Both the position numbers and the translations under genes were made by a program. DNA of 40,354 nt from Piscirickettsiaceae bacterium (GTDB lineage Bacteria; Pseudomonadota; Gammaproteobacteria; Thiomicrospirales; Thiomicrospiraceae). Below are positions 37,007 through 40,354 of the stretch, piece after piece. The stretch lies in contig JALUXI010000223.1 in the NCBI GenBank assembly GCA_027019045.1, positions 1 through 40,354 of the forward strand, written 5' to 3'. Position 1 is the first letter of the stretch; each line of letters begins with the position of its first letter. The notes under the pieces were generated by a model. That model was not told the origin of the DNA. It saw only the letters and a program-made list of their open reading frames with translations, and did not search any database.

Positions 37007-37752
37007 ACAGATTCCAGTTACAAAAAATAGCTCGACGATTTCATAAGTCATTGGCCTATTTTGTCGCTCTCGGCCTTTTTTGGTTTACAACGACTGGATT
37101 TTTGCTAAATCATACAGAGGACTTTAAACTAGATCAACAAACCATCCACTCACCTTGGCTTTTAAAGCTATTCCATTTTGAGCCACTTCTTCCTCACCAG
37201 CTGGTGACACTACCGAATGCAGAAATCATTACCACCAATTATGGCAGCTTCTGGAATCAAAAACTGATTCTTCCCAACGAACAGGTAAAAGAAGCCACTC
37301 TCTACCCCTTTCAAGGCATGACAACTTATCTACTACTCACAAATCAAAACGCCCTATATATCGTTACACCTGATGGAGACATCATCGAAAGACGCCAAAT
37401 ACCTATAAGTCACTTATGTACACTTAAAAAACAGATAGGAATTTGCACAACTCATCAATTTTTAACCCTTAATCATGACTTAAGTGCGTTCGAAAAAGTC
37501 AATATCCTTAATGAACCAACAACTGAACAACTTATCAATCATCAATCTATTTCCATCAACCAACTGCCCGAAAGACTCTTGAAAAACTGGAAAAGCCCCC
37601 TATCATGGGAAGACCTTATTTTAAAGATGCACAACGGCGTTCTGTTTCAGTCTATTGGAAAATGGATACTAGATATTTTTACCTTCATACTATTACTCTT
37701 TATAATAAGCGGCTTAATTTTAACCTTAAAAAAAAGACAACCCATTAAATGA
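37003..37752 (+). CDS. PepSY-associated-TM-type membrane protein (2 TM, periplasmic middle domain)
   Basis: 249 aa. ATGA overlap with the upstream gene. N-terminal RRFHKSLAYFVALGLFWFTTTGFLLNH and C-terminal KMHNGVLFQSIGKWILDIFTFILLLFIISGLIL both resemble PepSY_TM helices with conserved His. Confidence 0.6.
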   Translation: MNRFQLQKIARRFHKSLAYFVALGLFWFTTTGFLLNHTEDFKLDQQTIHSPWLLKLFHFEPLLPHQLVTLPNAEIITTNYGSFWNQKLILPNEQVKEATLYPFQGMTTYLLLTNQNALYIVTPDGDIIERRQIPISHLCTLKKQIGICTTHQFLTLNHDLSAFEKVNILNEPTTEQLINHQSISINQLPERLLKNWKSPLSWEDLILKMHNGVLFQSIGKWILDIFTFILLLFIISGLILTLKKRQPIK

Positions 37753-38846
37753 AAAAATTCAACTTTAAACAAACACTCCTCCTCCTTTCAATAATGGGGG
37801 CAACCCAACCAGCTTTCGCCAATAGCCCTTGGCAGATTGAAGGGGATTTAACGGGCATTGCACAAACAAGCAACCAATCTCAACTGGAACCTGGTTTTGA
37901 GTCATCGGGCGATCTTTTTATAACCTACCAAAACAATCAGTGGCAAGGCACGCTTCACTTAGAGGGAAATACTACACCTAGACAAAATAGTGTGACCAGT
38001 CAAATAGCAGACAGTAATGCAGATGCCTTTTCAGCCACAGATCAATATGACAATGGTCGTATTCAGCTTTCTGAACTCTTTTTAAGCTTTAAAACTACAC
38101 GCTCAGACATCCTTCAACAACTGGATTTTGGAATATTAGATGCCACTGCGCTATTTGATACACACCCCATTATGAATGATGAAAACACACAATTTATCGC
38201 CTCATCCCTTGTCAACAATCCGACAATTGATTTCCCTGACTATACACTGGGAGTTGTTGCCACGCTGAATGCAGGCTTAAAGCCCAACCGTCAGAGTTTT
38301 GTAGGCATTTACTCAGGCGAAGGACTCGCTGACAGCGCAAGCAGGGATTATAATGAAACTCTTGATGTTGCCCCCGATAAAAAAGGGCTTTTTATTATTG
38401 CGGAAACCCAAATCATTGATACTTCTATTCATCATCTTTCTACTGGTGCTTGGATTCATACAGGTCCCCATACAGAATTGGACAACCCAAACAATGATGA
38501 TTTGAAAAACTACGGTATTTATTTAACAGCCAGTCATCAAATGCAGAAAAATACCATTGGAATGCATTTGGGCTATGCCAACCCAGAAGTGAATGATTAC
38601 AATATGGCGGTCAGCTTAAGTGTCGAACACACTTACAATTCTCAATGGACAGCAGGACTAGGAGGAACCTATCAATCTGCCTCTAGCCATACCCAGCTTA
38701 AAGACCGTCAAACCATTGAGGCCTATGGTCGTTACCAACTCAATCAAAGTGATGTTTATCTCACCCCATCGGTACAGTATTTAACCCATACCGACATCGG
38801 TAAAGATGTGATGACTGCCAATATAAGATTGAGCTATCTGTTTTAG
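37749..38846 (+). CDS. second outer-membrane beta-barrel (porin-like)
   Basis: 365 aa. ATGA overlap. Signal peptide ...GATQPAFA. Alternating strand pattern. C-terminal ANIRLSYLF. Confidence 0.6.
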   Translation: MKKFNFKQTLLLLSIMGATQPAFANSPWQIEGDLTGIAQTSNQSQLEPGFESSGDLFITYQNNQWQGTLHLEGNTTPRQNSVTSQIADSNADAFSATDQYDNGRIQLSELFLSFKTTRSDILQQLDFGILDATALFDTHPIMNDENTQFIASSLVNNPTIDFPDYTLGVVATLNAGLKPNRQSFVGIYSGEGLADSASRDYNETLDVAPDKKGLFIIAETQIIDTSIHHLSTGAWIHTGPHTELDNPNNDDLKNYGIYLTASHQMQKNTIGMHLGYANPEVNDYNMAVSLSVEHTYNSQWTAGLGGTYQSASSHTQLKDRQTIEAYGRYQLNQSDVYLTPSVQYLTHTDIGKDVMTANIRLSYLF

Positions 38847-38873
38847 GGTATTTTAAACAGAAGACGCACCCAT

Positions 38874-38908
38874 AAAAAATGCCGCAACTTTGCGGCATTG
38901 TCATTTTC
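38874..38908. terminator. bidirectional terminator between the second barrel gene and hemJ
   Basis: A6, then ATGCCGCA (38879-38886), loop ACTT, TGCGGCAT (38891-38898). The T-run is strong on the minus strand (hemJ) and weaker on the plus strand. Confidence 0.7.
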
Positions 38909-38950
38909 TTAGAGGGCGAATTTCAGGGATAAAAGCTGAGTAGTGACTAT

Positions 38951-39394
38951 CTAAAAAGGTTTCATCACCACTAACACCAAAATGCCAAACAGCAAAAACA
39001 GCGGGATTTCATTCATCCAGCGATAAAACACCCCATTGTGATTCAACTGGTTTTTCGCCACCATCTGTTTGACTTGTGCCTTACACCACAGGTGATACCC
39101 CAATAACAGAGCCACTAAAGTCACTTTGGCATGCAACCAACCACTGGCAGAGGGGAAATACACCACCCATAATGCAATACCCGTCCCAATAGCGAACATC
39201 ATTATAATCGTCATAAATTTATAGAGCTTCTGTGCCATCACCACTAAACGACTCACATCTTCACCGTTATACTGCCCTTCCACATAATGCACAAAAATCC
39301 GAGGCAGGTAAAACAACCCCGCCATCCATGACATCACAAATAAAATGTGAAATACCTTTAACCAAAGCATTGAATTTTCCATCTGAGTCTCCAT
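38951..39394 (-). CDS. hemJ: protoporphyrinogen IX oxidase HemJ
   Basis: About 140 aa with 4 TM segments. Family-typical LWLKVFHILFVMSWMAGLFYLPRIFVHY. The start is ambiguous: ATG 39394, 39382 (GGAGA SD) or 39370. Confidence 0.8.
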   Translation of the reverse strand: METQMENSMLWLKVFHILFVMSWMAGLFYLPRIFVHYVEGQYNGEDVSRLVVMAQKLYKFMTIIMMFAIGTGIALWVVYFPSASGWLHAKVTLVALLLGYHLWCKAQVKQMVAKNQLNHNGVFYRWMNEIPLFLLFGILVLVVMKPF

Positions 39395-39428
39395 GTTAAG
39401 TGATACAATTTTGAATAATCGTCAGATT

Positions 39429-39586
39429 GAGCGTTTTGCACGAGAAGGACGCAAGAGAAAAAAGAGATAAAATTTTCTGAATTGAGACGGAAAATGCAGG
39501 CAATAGTCGACTATTGCCAAGTTTTCCAACGAAGAGTCAGGAGATTTTAGCCTTTTTTATCCGTGGCCATCTTGTGCAAAGCGCTC
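39429..39586. mobile_element. MITE family 2, copy C (158 bp foldback)
   Basis: Runs GAGCGTTTTGCACGAG...CTTGTGCAAAGCGCTC and is colinear with 23729-23887. Central hairpin CAGGCAATAGTCGACTATTGCCAAG. It fills most of the hemJ/slyD divergent intergenic region. Confidence 0.8.
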
Positions 39587-39625
39587 AATTATACCGATAG
39601 ATTAGTTAACAAATAGGAAAGAAAT

Positions 39626-40108
39626 ATGAAAATTGAAAAAGATAAGGTTGTCGAAATCAACTACACCCTCAAAGACAAAGATGGGAATGTGATGGACGCC
39701 TCAAACGGTCAACCTTTGGCTTACCTTCACGGACACGGCAACCTTATCCCAGGGTTGGAAAAAGAGCTGGAAGGCAAAGAAGTCGGCGATAAGTTTACGG
39801 TAACGATTCCAGCCGCAGAAGCTTATGGTGAACGCAATGATGCGTTGGTGCAAACAGGTGTTCCCAAAGAGATGTTCCAAGGCGTGGACAACCTAGAAGT
39901 CGGTATGCGTTTTGAAGCACAGACTGAACAAGGCATGCACTCAGTTGAAATCACTGAAGTGACCGACGAAGGGGTCACTGTTGATGGTAACCACCCACTT
40001 GCGGGACAAGACCTCACCTTTGACATTGAAGTCATGAGTGTGCGTGATGCCACAGAAGAAGAGCTTGAACATGGTCATGCACACGGTGCGGGCGGGCACC
40101 AACACTAA
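39626..40108 (+). CDS. slyD: FKBP-type PPIase/metallochaperone SlyD
   Basis: 160 aa. MKIEKDKVVEINYTLKD...YLHGHGNLIPGLEKELEGK, an IF-domain insert, and a short His-rich tail HGHAHGAGGHQH. Confidence 0.9.
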   Translation: MKIEKDKVVEINYTLKDKDGNVMDASNGQPLAYLHGHGNLIPGLEKELEGKEVGDKFTVTIPAAEAYGERNDALVQTGVPKEMFQGVDNLEVGMRFEAQTEQGMHSVEITEVTDEGVTVDGNHPLAGQDLTFDIEVMSVRDATEEELEHGHAHGAGGHQH

Positions 40109-40109
40109 A

Positions 40110-40136
40110 CTTTCTCTTAGGGAAGTGCTGATTAAA
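40110..40136. repeat. solo copy of the 16-nt core shared with 7080-7095 / 7212-7227
   Basis: CTTTCTCTTAGGGAAGTGCTGATTAAA compares with the reverse complement of 7212-7235, CTTTCTAAGGAAGTGCTGATTAAA. Confidence 0.3.
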
Positions 40137-40163
40137 AACCGATACACTGTTATCGGTTTTTTT
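40134..40163 (+). terminator. intrinsic terminator of slyD
   Basis: Stem AACCGATA (40137-40144), loop CACTGT, stem TATCGGTT (40151-40158), then T5. Confidence 0.8.
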
Positions 40164-40248
40164 ATGCCCAAAATTCAGCTTCATTTCAGTTTTGACGGGC
40201 ATAATAGTCGTTTGAAAAGTTATTTTACAAACTAAGGAGCCATCATTA

Positions 40249-40354
40249 TGGGATGCAATTGCGAAATTGAAATTAAAGATCGTTCAGAAGCCAAAACTCT
40301 CTGGATACTCCTTGCACTCAATGGCACTATGTTTGTAGTGGAAATGATCACGGG
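40249..40354 (+). CDS. 5' end of a cation-diffusion-facilitator-type transporter (partial, runs off the window)
   Basis: AAGGAG SD 8 nt upstream of ATG 40249. MGCNCEIEIKDRSEAKTLWILLALNGTMFVVEMITG resembles the N-terminus/TM1 of CDF (CzcD/ZitB-like) proteins. Only 35 codons are visible. Confidence 0.45.

Overview
No search or program was run. Everything here comes from reading the sequence and the supplied ORF track, and family names are motif-level recognitions. The window looks like core chromosome of an AT-leaning gammaproteobacterium. It is plausibly a Thiomicrospira/Hydrogenovibrio-type sulfur oxidiser; this is inferred only from a type I sulfide:quinone oxidoreductase, ftsK-lolA-rarA-crcB-serS synteny and codon usage.

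Gene order:
(1) A minus-strand MFP-RND efflux operon (6417->1272) with no outer-membrane factor. It runs on into two signal-peptide-bearing, extreme low-complexity Gly/Tyr/Asn/Pro proteins (1270->153).
(2) A pile-up of miniature foldback elements (6783-7236).
(3) sqr.
(4) A 407-aa, 12-TM RND/SSD-like protein without periplasmic loops.
(5) mfd plus a CsiV-like gene.
(6) An MNT/HEPN (MntA/HepT-type) toxin-antitoxin pair attached to the 3' end of the tightly packed ftsK-lolA-rarA-crcB-serS string.
(7) trxB and an FkpA-like PPIase.
(8) A Nif3-like small protein, a small membrane ORF, thpR, greB and rimO.
(9) An OmpR-type two-component system, a czcCBA-type heavy-metal RND operon and a DUF3240-like gene.
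(10) A four-gene cluster fronted by Fur-box-like sites: porin-like barrel, periplasmic FMN-binding protein, PepSY-TM membrane protein, second barrel.
(11) hemJ, slyD and the start of a CDF-type cation transporter.

Two families of 120-160 bp foldback MITEs occur three times each. Family 1 has exact 8-bp target-site duplications and donates the stop codon to two neighbouring genes.

The best candidates for something undescribed are the exported Gly/Tyr-rich proteins coupled to the RND pump (153-1279) and the Fur-fronted porin/flavoprotein/PepSY cluster (35094-38846). No rRNA, tRNA or CRISPR array was seen.
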